From assembly GCA_963771795.1 (NCBI GenBank), contig CAVYUR010000002.1, forward strand, positions 23,557 through 87,556: a stretch of 64,000 bases of DNA, in the 5' to 3' direction. The DNA is from an uncultured Chloroflexia bacterium (lineage in GTDB: Bacteria; Chloroflexota; Limnocylindria; Limnocylindrales; CSP1-4). Positions 1 to 8,994 of the stretch are shown here, piece after piece. The position numbers and the translations under genes were made by a program. The notes under the pieces are model-generated. The model was not told the origin of the DNA and searched no databases. It saw only the letters and a list, made by a program, of their open reading frames with translations. How positions within the stretch are numbered: the first letter of the stretch is position 1; each line of letters starts with the position of its first letter.

Positions 1-815
1 TGCCATACGCGAGCGCAACACCAGAAGTGCTTCTCGCGGCCCACCAGGCCGAGTGTGGGATCAGCTTCCAGGACTCGCTGACGTTCGCTGCGGCGGCCGG
101 CGCGGACATCGTGAGTGTCGCCGCAATCCTCCAACGAACCGCGTCCGCCATCGGCGTTCTGGGTGGCGGTCCGCTCCAGCGGCCTAAGGACCTCGACGGT
201 AAGACTTACGCAGGCTTCGGCTATCCGAACGAGGTGCCGACGCTCAAGGCGGTTATCGCGGCCGACGGCGGCAAGGGCGAGTTCACGGTCGCGACGCTGA
301 ACAGCGCGGCCTACGAGGCGATTTACAACAAGCAAGCCGACTTCACGATCCCGTTCACCGCCTGGGAGGGGGTCGAGGCCGATCTCCGCGGAATTGACCT
401 GCGCTACTTCCAGTTCTCGGACTACGGGTTCCCCGAGTTCTACCAGGTCGTCATCGCATGCGATCGGCAATGGCTCGAGAAGGACCCGGACGCGGCGCGC
501 AGGTTCGTCGCGGCCACGGTCCAGGGCTTTGAGTTCGCCGCCGCGGAACCCGCTGCGGCGGCCGAGATCCTGATCGCGGAGAACCCGGGCGTATTCGACT
601 CGAACAAGGAACTCCCGGCGGCAAGCCAGCGCTTCCTCGTCGATGGGGATTACCTGCTCGACGCCGAAGGGCGGTTCGGGACGCAGACGATCGAGCGCTG
701 GCGAGGCTACTCCGGATTCCTGTACGAGCAGGGACTCCTGGTCGACGGCGCCGGCAAGCCGCTTACGGCCCCGCTCGACTACGCCTCGCTCTTCACGAAC
801 GACTTCCTGCCGTGA
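1..815 (+). CDS. ABC transporter substrate-binding protein, NMT1/THI5 (ThiY-like) family, 5' partial
   Basis: Frame is open to the window start (PYASATPEVLLAAHQAE...). Motifs DLDGKTYAGFGYP and FTIPFTAWEG, C-terminal FTNDFLP. The stop overlaps the permease start (GTGA). Confidence 0.8.
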   Translation, partial: PYASATPEVLLAAHQAECGISFQDSLTFAAAAGADIVSVAAILQRTASAIGVLGGGPLQRPKDLDGKTYAGFGYPNEVPTLKAVIAADGGKGEFTVATLNSAAYEAIYNKQADFTIPFTAWEGVEADLRGIDLRYFQFSDYGFPEFYQVVIACDRQWLEKDPDAARRFVAATVQGFEFAAAEPAAAAEILIAENPGVFDSNKELPAASQRFLVDGDYLLDAEGRFGTQTIERWRGYSGFLYEQGLLVDGAGKPLTAPLDYASLFTNDFLP

Positions 816-1618
816 CCGAGCGGGCGACGGACGGCTGGCGGCGGTTCGGGCCGCCGGTCGTCCTGGTCGCGATCTTGCTCGTCGCCTGGGAGACTTACTC
901 CAGGGCATCGGGCATGAGTCAGTTCGTGCTTCCGTCGCCGAGCAGCGTCGTCGGCTCGCTGTGGGAGTCGCGTGAGCTTGCCCTCCAACACAGCGTCCCG
1001 ACGATCGTCGAGACGGTCGCCGGCCTCGGCGTCTCGATCGTCTTCGCGATCGCTGCGGCGGTGGCGATGGATCGGGCAGGGATCGTACGCAGGGCAGTCG
1101 AGCCCCTCTTGGTCGCCTCACAGACGATCCCGATCGTGGCCGTGGCCCCGCTGATCGTGGTCTGGTTCGGGTTCGGGCTCGCCCCGAAGATCCTCGTCGT
1201 CGTCCTTGTCACGTTCTTCCCGATCACCGTGGCGCTGCTTGCGGGCTTCTCGTCCGCGGAGGCCGCTGCGACGGACCTGATGCGCTCGTTCGGCGCCTCG
1301 TCGTGGCAGACGTTCCGCAAGCTGCGCTGGCCGTCGGGACTGCCCGGGCTGTTCACCGGATTGCGCATCTCGGCGACCTACGCGGTCGTCGCCGCGGTGT
1401 TCGCGGAATACGTCGGGGCGACGGAGGGGCTCGGCATCTGGATGCAGCTCTCGCAGAAGTCCTTCCGAACCGACCTCGTCTTTGCCGCCATCCTGCTCAC
1501 CGCGATCCTCAGCATCGGCCTGTTCGCGCTCGTCGTCGCAGCTGAACGAGTGACGATTCCGTGGTACCGGGCGTCCCGTTCGGCGCGCCTGCCGGAACGG
1601 TCTTCCGAAGCGGCGTAA
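812..1618 (+). CDS. ABC transporter permease, NitT/TauT (ThiX-like) family
   Basis: Multiple TM helices, SQTIPIVAVAPL, EAA-like loop (DLMRSFGASSWQTFRKLRWPSGLP), AEYVG..GLG. Confidence 0.85.
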   Translation: MTERATDGWRRFGPPVVLVAILLVAWETYSRASGMSQFVLPSPSSVVGSLWESRELALQHSVPTIVETVAGLGVSIVFAIAAAVAMDRAGIVRRAVEPLLVASQTIPIVAVAPLIVVWFGFGLAPKILVVVLVTFFPITVALLAGFSSAEAAATDLMRSFGASSWQTFRKLRWPSGLPGLFTGLRISATYAVVAAVFAEYVGATEGLGIWMQLSQKSFRTDLVFAAILLTAILSIGLFALVVAAERVTIPWYRASRSARLPERSSEAA

Positions 1619-1709
1619 CGTAGGGCGTACAACCCCGGTACACGATCTACGCTTACCAACGCGGCAGGCGCTGGCGCGTCGCGCGCAGCCGCACCAGGAG
1701 GGCCCCGAC

Positions 1710-3161
1710 ATGACCGACGTCATCGAGCGCGTCAAGACCTACCAGCAGTTCATCGGCGGCGAGTTCGTCGATTCCGCGTCGGGTGAGACGCTCGACGTCG
1801 AGAACCCCGCGAACGGCCAGGTGATCGCCAAGGTGCCGGCGTCCGCCGACGAGGACGTCAACCGGGCGGTCGATGCCGCCGACAAGGCCTTCCAGACCTG
1901 GCGCCATACGACACCGCAGGATCGGAGCCTGATCCTGCTCAAGATCGCCGATGCCCTCGAGGCAAACGCCGACGAGCTGGGCCGGCTCGAATCCGCGAAC
2001 GCCGGCAAGCCGGTCGGCGCGGCGATCGACGAGATCGCGGTCTGCGCGGATCTCTTTCGGTTCTTCGCCGGGGCGGCGCGGGTGATGGACGGCCTGGCCG
2101 CGAACGAGTTCCTTGCCGGCCACACCTCGATCATTCGGCGCGACCCGATCGGCGTGGTCGCGAGCATCGCCCCGTGGAACTACCCGCTCTACATGGCCTC
2201 CTGGAAGCTTGGCCCGGCGCTTGCCACCGGCAACACCGTCGTGCTCAAGCCGTCGATCCGGACGCCGCTGACAGCGCTGCGCTTTGCCCAGATCCTCGCG
2301 GAGCACCTGCCGGAAGGCGTCGTCAACGTTCTGTCGGGCTCCGGAGCGGCGATCGGCGACACGCTCGTCGCCCACCCGAAGGTCCGGATGGTCTCGATTA
2401 CGGGCGATACGGTCACCGGCAAGCGGATCGCCGAGATCGCCGCTGGGACCGTCAAGCGCCTGCACCTCGAGCTCGGCGGCAAGGCCCCGGTCATCGTCTT
2501 CGACGACGCCGATCTCGACCTGGCGGCCGAGACCCTCAAGGCTGCCGGGTACTGGAACAGCGGCCAGGACTGCACCGCTGCCACGCGAGTCATTGCCGGG
2601 CCGGGCGTCTACGACTCGTTCCTCGAGAAGCTCTCCGACCAGGTCCGCTCGATCAAGTGGGGCGACCCGGCCGAGGCGGACGATCTCGACATGGGCTCGC
2701 TGATCGCTCCGGCCCACGCCGACAAGGTCCAGGGCATGGTCGATCGCGCCCGGGACGGCGCCGAGGTGGTCGTCGGCGGGGTCCGACCGGATCGGCCGGG
2801 CGCGTACTACGAGCCCACAATCGTCGCCGGCGCGGACCAGAAGTCAGAGATCATCCAGGACGAGATCTTCGGGCCGGTCGTCACCGTCCAGCGGTTCGCC
2901 GACGAGGACCAGGCCGTCGCCTGGGCCAACGACACGCCGTTCGGGCTCGCCTCGTCGATCTTTACGAGCGACATCGGCAAGGCGATGCGGGTGGCCAAGG
3001 CGCTCGACTTCGGGCACGTCTGGATCAACGAGCACTTCACGCTCGCGTCGGAGACGCCTCACGGCGGCGTGAAGCAGTCCGGCTACGGCAAGGACGGCTC
3101 CAAGTACGCGCTCGAGGACTACACGTTCGTCAAGCACGTGATGATCAATACGGGCATCTGA
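1710..3161 (+). CDS. patD: Gamma-aminobutyraldehyde dehydrogenase (NAD-dependent ALDH)
   Basis: ALDH motifs PWNYP, LELGGKAP, NSGQDCTAA, EIFGPV, GGVKQSGYGKD. AGGAGG SD upstream. Confidence 0.75.
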   Translation: MTDVIERVKTYQQFIGGEFVDSASGETLDVENPANGQVIAKVPASADEDVNRAVDAADKAFQTWRHTTPQDRSLILLKIADALEANADELGRLESANAGKPVGAAIDEIAVCADLFRFFAGAARVMDGLAANEFLAGHTSIIRRDPIGVVASIAPWNYPLYMASWKLGPALATGNTVVLKPSIRTPLTALRFAQILAEHLPEGVVNVLSGSGAAIGDTLVAHPKVRMVSITGDTVTGKRIAEIAAGTVKRLHLELGGKAPVIVFDDADLDLAAETLKAAGYWNSGQDCTAATRVIAGPGVYDSFLEKLSDQVRSIKWGDPAEADDLDMGSLIAPAHADKVQGMVDRARDGAEVVVGGVRPDRPGAYYEPTIVAGADQKSEIIQDEIFGPVVTVQRFADEDQAVAWANDTPFGLASSIFTSDIGKAMRVAKALDFGHVWINEHFTLASETPHGGVKQSGYGKDGSKYALEDYTFVKHVMINTGI

Positions 3162-3179
3162 CGCCCGTGCCGACCAGCC

Positions 3180-4136
3180 TCACGGGACCAGTCTGACGAT
3201 CTCCTCGCGGATCTCGCCCAGGCGGCCGATCGTCTCGAGGTCCCACGGCGACCGAAAAACGAAGATCGGGTGGCGGAAGCCGACGGCAGCGTAGTCGGCC
3301 AGTGCGGCGGCGATGTCCTTCGGCGGCCCGAAGGCCGCTCGGCTCTCCCAGGCCGTCGGTTGGTGGGTCGCCAGGTATGAGTTCCAGACGGCCTCCGCCT
3401 CGGTGCGGGAGCCGCGCGCCACGGCATTCATCGTGAACGTCCGCTCGATCTCCGCCTGATCGCGGCCGACGGCCTCGCAATGCTCGACGAGAATCGCGTC
3501 ACTGGCGGCGAGGGTCTCCGGGCTGCCATAGGCGTTCCAGATGTCGGCATGGAGGGCGACGGTCCGGAGCGTCTTGCGCGGCCCGGACCCGCCGATCAGG
3601 ATCGGCAGGCGCTCCTGGAGTGAGCGCGGCTCGCAGAGTGCGTCTTTGAAGGTGTAGAACCGGCCCTCATGGCTGAACCGCTCTCCGTCGAGCAGCCGCC
3701 GGATGATCCCGACCGCCTCTTCCAGCCGATCGAGCCGCTCGCCGAACCCGCTGCCGAAGTCGACTCCGAAGGCCTCGTGCTCCCGCTCGAACCAGCCGCC
3801 GCCCAGGCCCAACACGGACCGCCCGGCGCTGATCCCATCGACCGTGGTCGCCAGCTTGGCCGTGAGTCCCGGATTCCGGAACGTGTTGGCCGCGACGAGC
3901 AGGCCGATCCGGGCGCGGGAGGTGGCGGCCGCGAGCGCGGCAAGCGCCGCCCAGCCCTCGAGCTTGCCGTCGTCCGAGTCGCCCTCGTCGGACATGAGGT
4001 GGTCGTCCACCCAGAGGCTGTCGGCCCCGGCCTCTTCGGCGGCCACGACCGCATCGCGGAGGCTCGGCCAGTCGGTTCGCTGGATCCAGAACGCCGCGCC
4101 GATCTGGATCGGGTGGGGAGGTGCCGGTGACTGCAT
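3180..4136 (-). CDS. LLM-class (probably F420-dependent) oxidoreductase
   Basis: AEEAGADSLWVDDH, RNPGLTAKLATTVD, LGLGGGW, PILIGGSG motifs. Confidence 0.8.
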   Translation of the reverse strand: MQSPAPPHPIQIGAAFWIQRTDWPSLRDAVVAAEEAGADSLWVDDHLMSDEGDSDDGKLEGWAALAALAAATSRARIGLLVAANTFRNPGLTAKLATTVDGISAGRSVLGLGGGWFEREHEAFGVDFGSGFGERLDRLEEAVGIIRRLLDGERFSHEGRFYTFKDALCEPRSLQERLPILIGGSGPRKTLRTVALHADIWNAYGSPETLAASDAILVEHCEAVGRDQAEIERTFTMNAVARGSRTEAEAVWNSYLATHQPTAWESRAAFGPPKDIAAALADYAAVGFRHPIFVFRSPWDLETIGRLGEIREEIVRLVP

Positions 4137-4142
4137 CGATCG

Positions 4143-4152
4143 ATGCTACGCT
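4143..4152. promoter_or_regulatory. Overlapping back-to-back -10 boxes (TAGCAT on -, TACGCT on +) for divergent leaderless genes
   Basis: Each hexamer lies 6 nt upstream of an ATG (4136 on -, 4159 on +). The intergenic gap is only 22 nt and has no SD. Confidence 0.55.
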
Positions 4153-4158
4153 CGGGCC

Positions 4159-5091
4159 ATGGCCGTGAACGTGCTCGTTGCGCCATCGCCGACGCCCGAT
4201 GAAGGGCTCCGCGACGCCATCCTCGGCTGGTACGACGCTCGCGGACGGAGCCTCCCGTTCCGCGGCACGACGGATCCATACGCGGTCCTCGTGTCCGAGG
4301 TCATGGCCCAACAGACGCAGATCTCGCGCGTGGCTCCGGCCTGGACGGCGTTCATGGCGATGTTCCCGACGATCGCCGACCTCGCCGCCGCTACATCTGC
4401 CGACGTGCTGCGGGCATGGCGCGGGATGGGCTACAACCGCCGAGCGCTCAACTTGTTGCGAACGGCCCGTGTCATTGTCGAGGACTACGGCGGCCGGCTG
4501 CCGTCCGACGTCGCGACATTGCAGCGGCTGCCGGGGATCGGCCCGTATACGGCTCGCGCGGTGGCCGCGATCGCGTTTCGCGCCCCGGTCGGGGCGGTCG
4601 ACACGAACGTCCGACGGGTGCTCGGTCGAGCGATCGGCGGCTCGCTTGACGCGTTCTCCGCGAGCGAGCTCCAGCGTGTTGCCGACGCCGTCGTCCCCGC
4701 TGGTCGGCCGGCCGACTGGACCCATGCCGTCATGGACGTCGGCGCGACGTTCTGCCGGACAACCCGGCCGCTCTGCGGCGATTGCCCGGCCGCGACGGCG
4801 TGCCGCTACGCGGCTCTCGACTCGGCTCTCGACTCGGCGGGGACCAGCCCCCGTCGGCCGGGCCGGAGGCCCGGGTCGACATCGCCCTTTACCGCCACCT
4901 CGCGCTGGCTCCGCGGCAGGATCCTGGATCGGCTCAGGGAGGCTGACGGCGCCGTGTGGGCCACGTTCGACGAGAAGATCGGCGTCCACGACGGCGCTGC
5001 CGTCGTCGAGGCGCTCAAGACCCTTGCTGGCGAGGGACTGCTCGAGCGCCACCCAACCGATCCGCGGCTCGCCCGACTGCCGATCGTCTGA
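4159..5091 (+). CDS. mutY: A/G-specific adenine glycosylase, short form without a C-terminal NUDIX-like domain
   Basis: VLVSEVMAQQT, HhH motif LPGIGPYTA, VDTNVRRV, Fe-S motif C-x6-C-x2-C-x5-C (FCRTTRPLCGDCPAATAC). Start reassigned to ATG 4159. Confidence 0.9.
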   Translation: MAVNVLVAPSPTPDEGLRDAILGWYDARGRSLPFRGTTDPYAVLVSEVMAQQTQISRVAPAWTAFMAMFPTIADLAAATSADVLRAWRGMGYNRRALNLLRTARVIVEDYGGRLPSDVATLQRLPGIGPYTARAVAAIAFRAPVGAVDTNVRRVLGRAIGGSLDAFSASELQRVADAVVPAGRPADWTHAVMDVGATFCRTTRPLCGDCPAATACRYAALDSALDSAGTSPRRPGRRPGSTSPFTATSRWLRGRILDRLREADGAVWATFDEKIGVHDGAAVVEALKTLAGEGLLERHPTDPRLARLPIV

Positions 5092-5127
5092 ACCGGCGCA
5101 CCGGCTGGCGAGCGGCTAGGCTTCGCC

Positions 5128-5940
5128 GTGATGACCTCCACCTCCGTGCCGTTCGAATCGTCGACCGAGCCGCCGCTGCCCGCGGACGATCCGGGCCTGT
5201 TCGAACTCGACCTGCGCGGCCTTCGAAGCCGCTGGGCCGCGACCGCAAACCGGCCGCCGATGAGCGCCGAAGCGATGGTGGGTGCCGACAAGAAGGCGCA
5301 GCGGCTGGGCGTTCCAGGCGAGCGGCTGATGGAGCACGCCGGGACCGCGGCCGGAGCGGCGGCCCGAGCGCTCGCGATCGAGACCGACCGATGGCTCAAG
5401 GGGCCGATCGTCGTATTCGCGGGTCCCGGGAACAACGGCGGGGACGGCTTTGTCGCGGCCCGCCGACTCGCGAAGGCCGGAGCACAGGTCGTCGTCGCGT
5501 TCGTCGCCAGTGAGGGTCGGCCGAAAGGTCGGGACGCCGCCCGGAACTGGGACCGGCTGATCAACGAGCCCGGCGTGACGCTCATCCACGCCCCCGCGAG
5601 CCGCGATCTCGCGATTCTCACCCAGGGGATCGAAAAGGCATCGATCATGGTGGACGCGCTGCTCGGCACCGGCGTCAGCGGTGAGCTTCGCGACCCGATC
5701 CGCAGCGCGGTCGAGCTGATCAACGGGGCGCGGGCCGCGATGGTCCCGGTCCTCGCCATTGACACGCCAACCGCGGTCGACCTGTCGAGCGGCCAGCCGT
5801 CCGATCCGGCCGTCCGGGCCGATCTCACGATCACCTTTCACCGGCCGAAGACCGGCCTCCGGACGCGGATGGGTGCCGCGCTCGCCGGGCGAATCCTCGT
5901 CGCACCGATCGGAATCCCCTCGCAGGCGGACCGTGGCTGA
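5128..5940 (+). CDS. nnrE: NAD(P)H-hydrate epimerase (stand-alone YjeF N-terminal domain)
   Basis: LMEHAG, GPGNNGGDGFVAAR, VDALLGTG, AIDTPT motifs. TAGGCT -10 just upstream. Confidence 0.85.
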   Translation: MMTSTSVPFESSTEPPLPADDPGLFELDLRGLRSRWAATANRPPMSAEAMVGADKKAQRLGVPGERLMEHAGTAAGAAARALAIETDRWLKGPIVVFAGPGNNGGDGFVAARRLAKAGAQVVVAFVASEGRPKGRDAARNWDRLINEPGVTLIHAPASRDLAILTQGIEKASIMVDALLGTGVSGELRDPIRSAVELINGARAAMVPVLAIDTPTAVDLSSGQPSDPAVRADLTITFHRPKTGLRTRMGAALAGRILVAPIGIPSQADRG

Positions 5941-6142
5941 GCGTGCGATCGGCCTCAGGGATGTGCTCGTCGCGGCCGGGCTGAGCGTTGCCGTGGTCCT
6001 CGGTGCGGCGCTCGCGACGAGCCTGCTGCCGCCCGACGCCCAGGCGATCGTCTTCAAGACGCCTCTGCTGATCGTGGTGCTCCTCGTCGGCACCGCGGCG
6101 GCGCTCTGGCGGATCGCGCGGCCGCGGCCGCCGGGCGAATGA
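5933..6142 (+). CDS. Small two-TM membrane protein
   Basis: GTG 5933 overlaps the nnrE stop and its stop overlaps the glpD start (ATGA). Two hydrophobic helices. Confidence 0.6.
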   Translation: MAERAIGLRDVLVAAGLSVAVVLGAALATSLLPPDAQAIVFKTPLLIVVLLVGTAAALWRIARPRPPGE

Positions 6143-7764
6143 CGGCGGCGCCGGGCGATAGACGGCGCAGCGATCTCTCGACGCTCGCGAGCGAGAGCTT
6201 CGACGTCCTCGTGGTCGGCGGCGGCATCGTCGGTTGCGGCGCGCTGCTGGATGCAACGTCGCGTGGGCTCCGGGCGGCGCTCGTCGAGCGTGAGGACATC
6301 GCCGTCGGCACGTCGAGCCGGTCGTCGCGCCTGATCCACGGCGGGCTCCGCTACCTCGAGCAGTTCCGGATCCATCTGGTCCGCGAGGCGCTGGCGGAGC
6401 GCGCACGGCTGCTACGACTGGCACCCCATCTCGTCCGGCTCGAGCCGCTCCTCTTCCCGCTCTACGGGCGACCCGTGGTGACGCGCGCGTTCTACGAGGC
6501 GGGCATGACGCTCTATGACGTCCTCGGTGCCCGTCGCGACGGTGGCTGGCATCGCCACCTGTCGGCCGCGGAGACGATCGAGCTCAGCCCGACGGTTCGT
6601 TCGGCCGGCCTTCGAGGCTCGCTCATCTACCACGACGGCGTCGAGGATGACGCGAGATATGCGTTGACGGTGGCCAGGACGGCCCAGCGATCCGGAGCCA
6701 CGGTTGTGACGCGGGCAGCTGTCGAGGGTCTTGTCGAAGAGGGCGGCCGGCTTGTCGGCGCGCGGGTCCGCGACGCGATCGGCGGCGATGTCCTTGAGGT
6801 CCGGGCACGTGCCGTGGTTGACGCGACCGGGGTCTGGGCTGCGGATCCATCCGCGCCCCTGTCCGGCGGGTCGACCAGGATCGTCCCGAGCCGCGGTGCC
6901 CACCTCGTCGTCCGTCGCGACCGGATCCCGAGCAGCGTCGGCCTGACCGTGCGGGTTCCGGGCAAGGTGGTCTTCCTCGTCCCGTGGCCGGGTCACTGGT
7001 TGATCGGGACGACCGATGCGCCGTACCACGGCCCGATCGATCGCCCGACGGCCGGCGTCGACGAGGTCGACGAGCTCATCGCCGCGGTCAATCGAGCGCT
7101 CGATGTCGACCTTGGTCGGGAGGACGTCGTCGGGACCTACGCTGGGCTGCGGCCGCTGATCGCGCCATCGAGCGGTTCGACCCTGACGGCGTCTCGAGAG
7201 CACCGGGTCGTCGTCGAGGCGAACCGGCTCGTCCGGGTCAGCGGCGGGAAGTACACGACCTACCGCGTCATGGCCCGTGACGCGATCGACGCGGCCGTTC
7301 GCGAGCTGGGATTCGAGCCGAAGGATCGGCCGAGCAGGACGGCCAGTCTCGCGCTCGTCGGGGCGACGGATCGCGAAGCCCTCGATGCGCTGGCGACCTC
7401 GCTCGCCTCGGCACATTCCCTGGCGCCGGCGGTGGCGACCCGGCTGGTCAACCGTCACGGAACGCAGGCTTCGGAGGTGGCGGCCGTCGGGGCGGGCGAG
7501 GGTCTGCTCAGCAGGCTCGGCCCGGAGATCGACCACCTCGAGGCCGAGGTCACGTGGGCGGCGCGCGAGGAGATGGCGCTGTCGCTCGACGACGTCCTCG
7601 CGAGGCGGATGCGGCTCGTTCAGGAGCTGCCGGATCGCGGGGCGTCGATCGTTCCGCGGGTCGCCGAGCTGCTCGGGCGGGAGTTGGGCTGGGACGAAGC
7701 CAGGCGAGGCCGCGAAAGCACCGAGTTCCTCGAATCCGCCCGACGCGAGTACGGGGTTCCATGA
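6139..7764 (+). CDS. glpD: FAD-dependent glycerol-3-phosphate dehydrogenase/oxidase
   Basis: DVLVVGGGIVG, GTSSRSSRLIHGGLRYLEQ, GLRPL, GGKYTTYR motifs. Confidence 0.92.
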   Translation: MTAAPGDRRRSDLSTLASESFDVLVVGGGIVGCGALLDATSRGLRAALVEREDIAVGTSSRSSRLIHGGLRYLEQFRIHLVREALAERARLLRLAPHLVRLEPLLFPLYGRPVVTRAFYEAGMTLYDVLGARRDGGWHRHLSAAETIELSPTVRSAGLRGSLIYHDGVEDDARYALTVARTAQRSGATVVTRAAVEGLVEEGGRLVGARVRDAIGGDVLEVRARAVVDATGVWAADPSAPLSGGSTRIVPSRGAHLVVRRDRIPSSVGLTVRVPGKVVFLVPWPGHWLIGTTDAPYHGPIDRPTAGVDEVDELIAAVNRALDVDLGREDVVGTYAGLRPLIAPSSGSTLTASREHRVVVEANRLVRVSGGKYTTYRVMARDAIDAAVRELGFEPKDRPSRTASLALVGATDREALDALATSLASAHSLAPAVATRLVNRHGTQASEVAAVGAGEGLLSRLGPEIDHLEAEVTWAAREEMALSLDDVLARRMRLVQELPDRGASIVPRVAELLGRELGWDEARRGRESTEFLESARREYGVP

Positions 7765-7815
7765 CGCTCGGGTCCCCCTCGATTTTCCCTCTGTACAAGA
7801 GAGTTCCAACGCGGG

Positions 7816-7949
7816 TAGACTCCCCCACGGAATGTCGCGGAAGCGTCCGCGACTAAAGAACGTAGCTCACCGACGACTCGGACTCCTCTCACGGCTGACG
7901 CGAGAAAACCCAGAGGGATCGCGCGGCTACCGAGAGGAGTTTTCGTTTC
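7816..7949 (+). promoter_or_regulatory. Promoter (-10 TAGACT) and structured ~120-nt 5' UTR with a sequestered SD
   Basis: Hairpin 7834-7853 (8 bp). ACTCCTCTC 7882-7890 is complementary to GAGAGGAGT 7932-7940, which contains the SD. Confidence 0.55.
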
Positions 7950-8363
7950 GTGTACAACGACAAGAATCTGACCTGCGCTGACTGCGGCCAGGAGTTCGTG
8001 TTCACCGCAAGTGAGCAGGACTTCTACGCACAGCGTGGGTTCACCGAGCCGCGCCGTTGTCCGTCGTGTCGCGCAAGCCGCAAGGCTGCCCGCGGTGCGG
8101 AGGGCGGCGGCAGCAGCTACGGCGGCGGCTACAGCGCAGGCGGCGGCTACAGTGCCGGCGGCGGTGGTGGCGGCGGCGGTGGCTACAGCAGCGGCGGTGG
8201 TGGCGGCGGCGGCTACGGCCGCGACCGTGGTCCCCGCGAGATGTTCGCAGCAACATGCTCGTCCTGCGGCCGTGAGGCCCAGGTCCCGTTCCGCCCAACC
8301 AGCGGCAAGCCCGTGTACTGCTCGGACTGCTTCCGAAGCCAGCGCGGCGGATCCAGCTACTAA
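7950..8363 (+). CDS. Zinc-ribbon protein (N-terminal zinc-ribbon + Gly/Tyr-rich linker + CxxC-x17-CxxC domain)
   Basis: DKNLTCADCGQEFVFTASEQDFYAQRGFTEPRRCPSC and ATCSSCG...FRPTSGKPVYCSDCF. Confidence 0.85.
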   Translation: MYNDKNLTCADCGQEFVFTASEQDFYAQRGFTEPRRCPSCRASRKAARGAEGGGSSYGGGYSAGGGYSAGGGGGGGGGYSSGGGGGGGYGRDRGPREMFAATCSSCGREAQVPFRPTSGKPVYCSDCFRSQRGGSSY

Positions 8364-8411
8364 ACCAGTCCTCTCGGCGCGGGCCATCGAGCCCGCCGAA
8401 CCACGTGATCC

Positions 8412-8440
8412 CGAGCCAGGTCGTCAGCCGACCTGGCTCG
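8412..8440 (+). terminator. Perfect 12-bp hairpin downstream of the zinc-ribbon gene
   Basis: CGAGCCAGGTCG-tcagc-CGACCTGGCTCG. The U-tail is poor (ATCGATTCT). Confidence 0.55.
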
Positions 8441-8492
8441 ATCGATTCTGAGTGGCGGGAATCTCGGCTGTCACGCCAGGACGATCAGGGCC

Positions 8493-8785
8493 GCGTTGCG
8501 GCCTGTGCTCCTCGCTCACGGACGTCTGAGTCCGTTCGCGCTTGGAACCAAGCACGCGCTTCGCGCGGCGGTGCTCGGACCGCGCCTTGCCCTGACCGCC
8601 CGGGCGCGACGAACGCAGTCGGCTGTCGCGTCTGGACGGCCGATCGCGGCGTTGACCGCTGCGCTCCTCGCTCACGGACGTTGAGTCCGTTCGCGCGTGG
8701 AACCAAGCACGCGCTTCGCGCGGCGGTGCTCGTGGTCGCCTTGCGCTCGACCATCCGGCCGCGACGAACGCCGTCGGCTGTCGTG
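8493..8785. repeat. Tandem duplication, period 155-156 bp, of a multi-hairpin unit
   Basis: Cores 8507-8577 and 8663-8732 differ by one indel and one substitution. The flanks are also homologous. Confidence 0.9.
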
Positions 8786-8801
8786 GCGGGGCACACTACC
8801 T

Positions 8802-8963
8802 GACAGATACCACCCTGTGTGGTGAGCGTCGGCACTGACACGCCCAACAGGGCTGGGACTGTGACGAATCCGGCTCAACCGGGCGCCATCAACACCCCGG
8901 GTGGTGGATGTCGTCAACTGGCGCCCGATCCGCGGTCACAAACTACGCGAGGTGGTATCTGGC
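8802..8963. repeat. Gene-less (solo) copy of the nuclease-associated repeat module, folded into a long inverted-repeat hairpin
   Basis: ACTACGCGAGGTGGTATCTGGC at 8942-8963, inverted copy at 8802-8823, GGGTGGT core at 8899. Homologous to 14329-14412 and 13472-13542. Confidence 0.8.
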
Positions 8964-8994
8964 GCCTACCTGGCGCCAAGCTGAACGACGGTAC

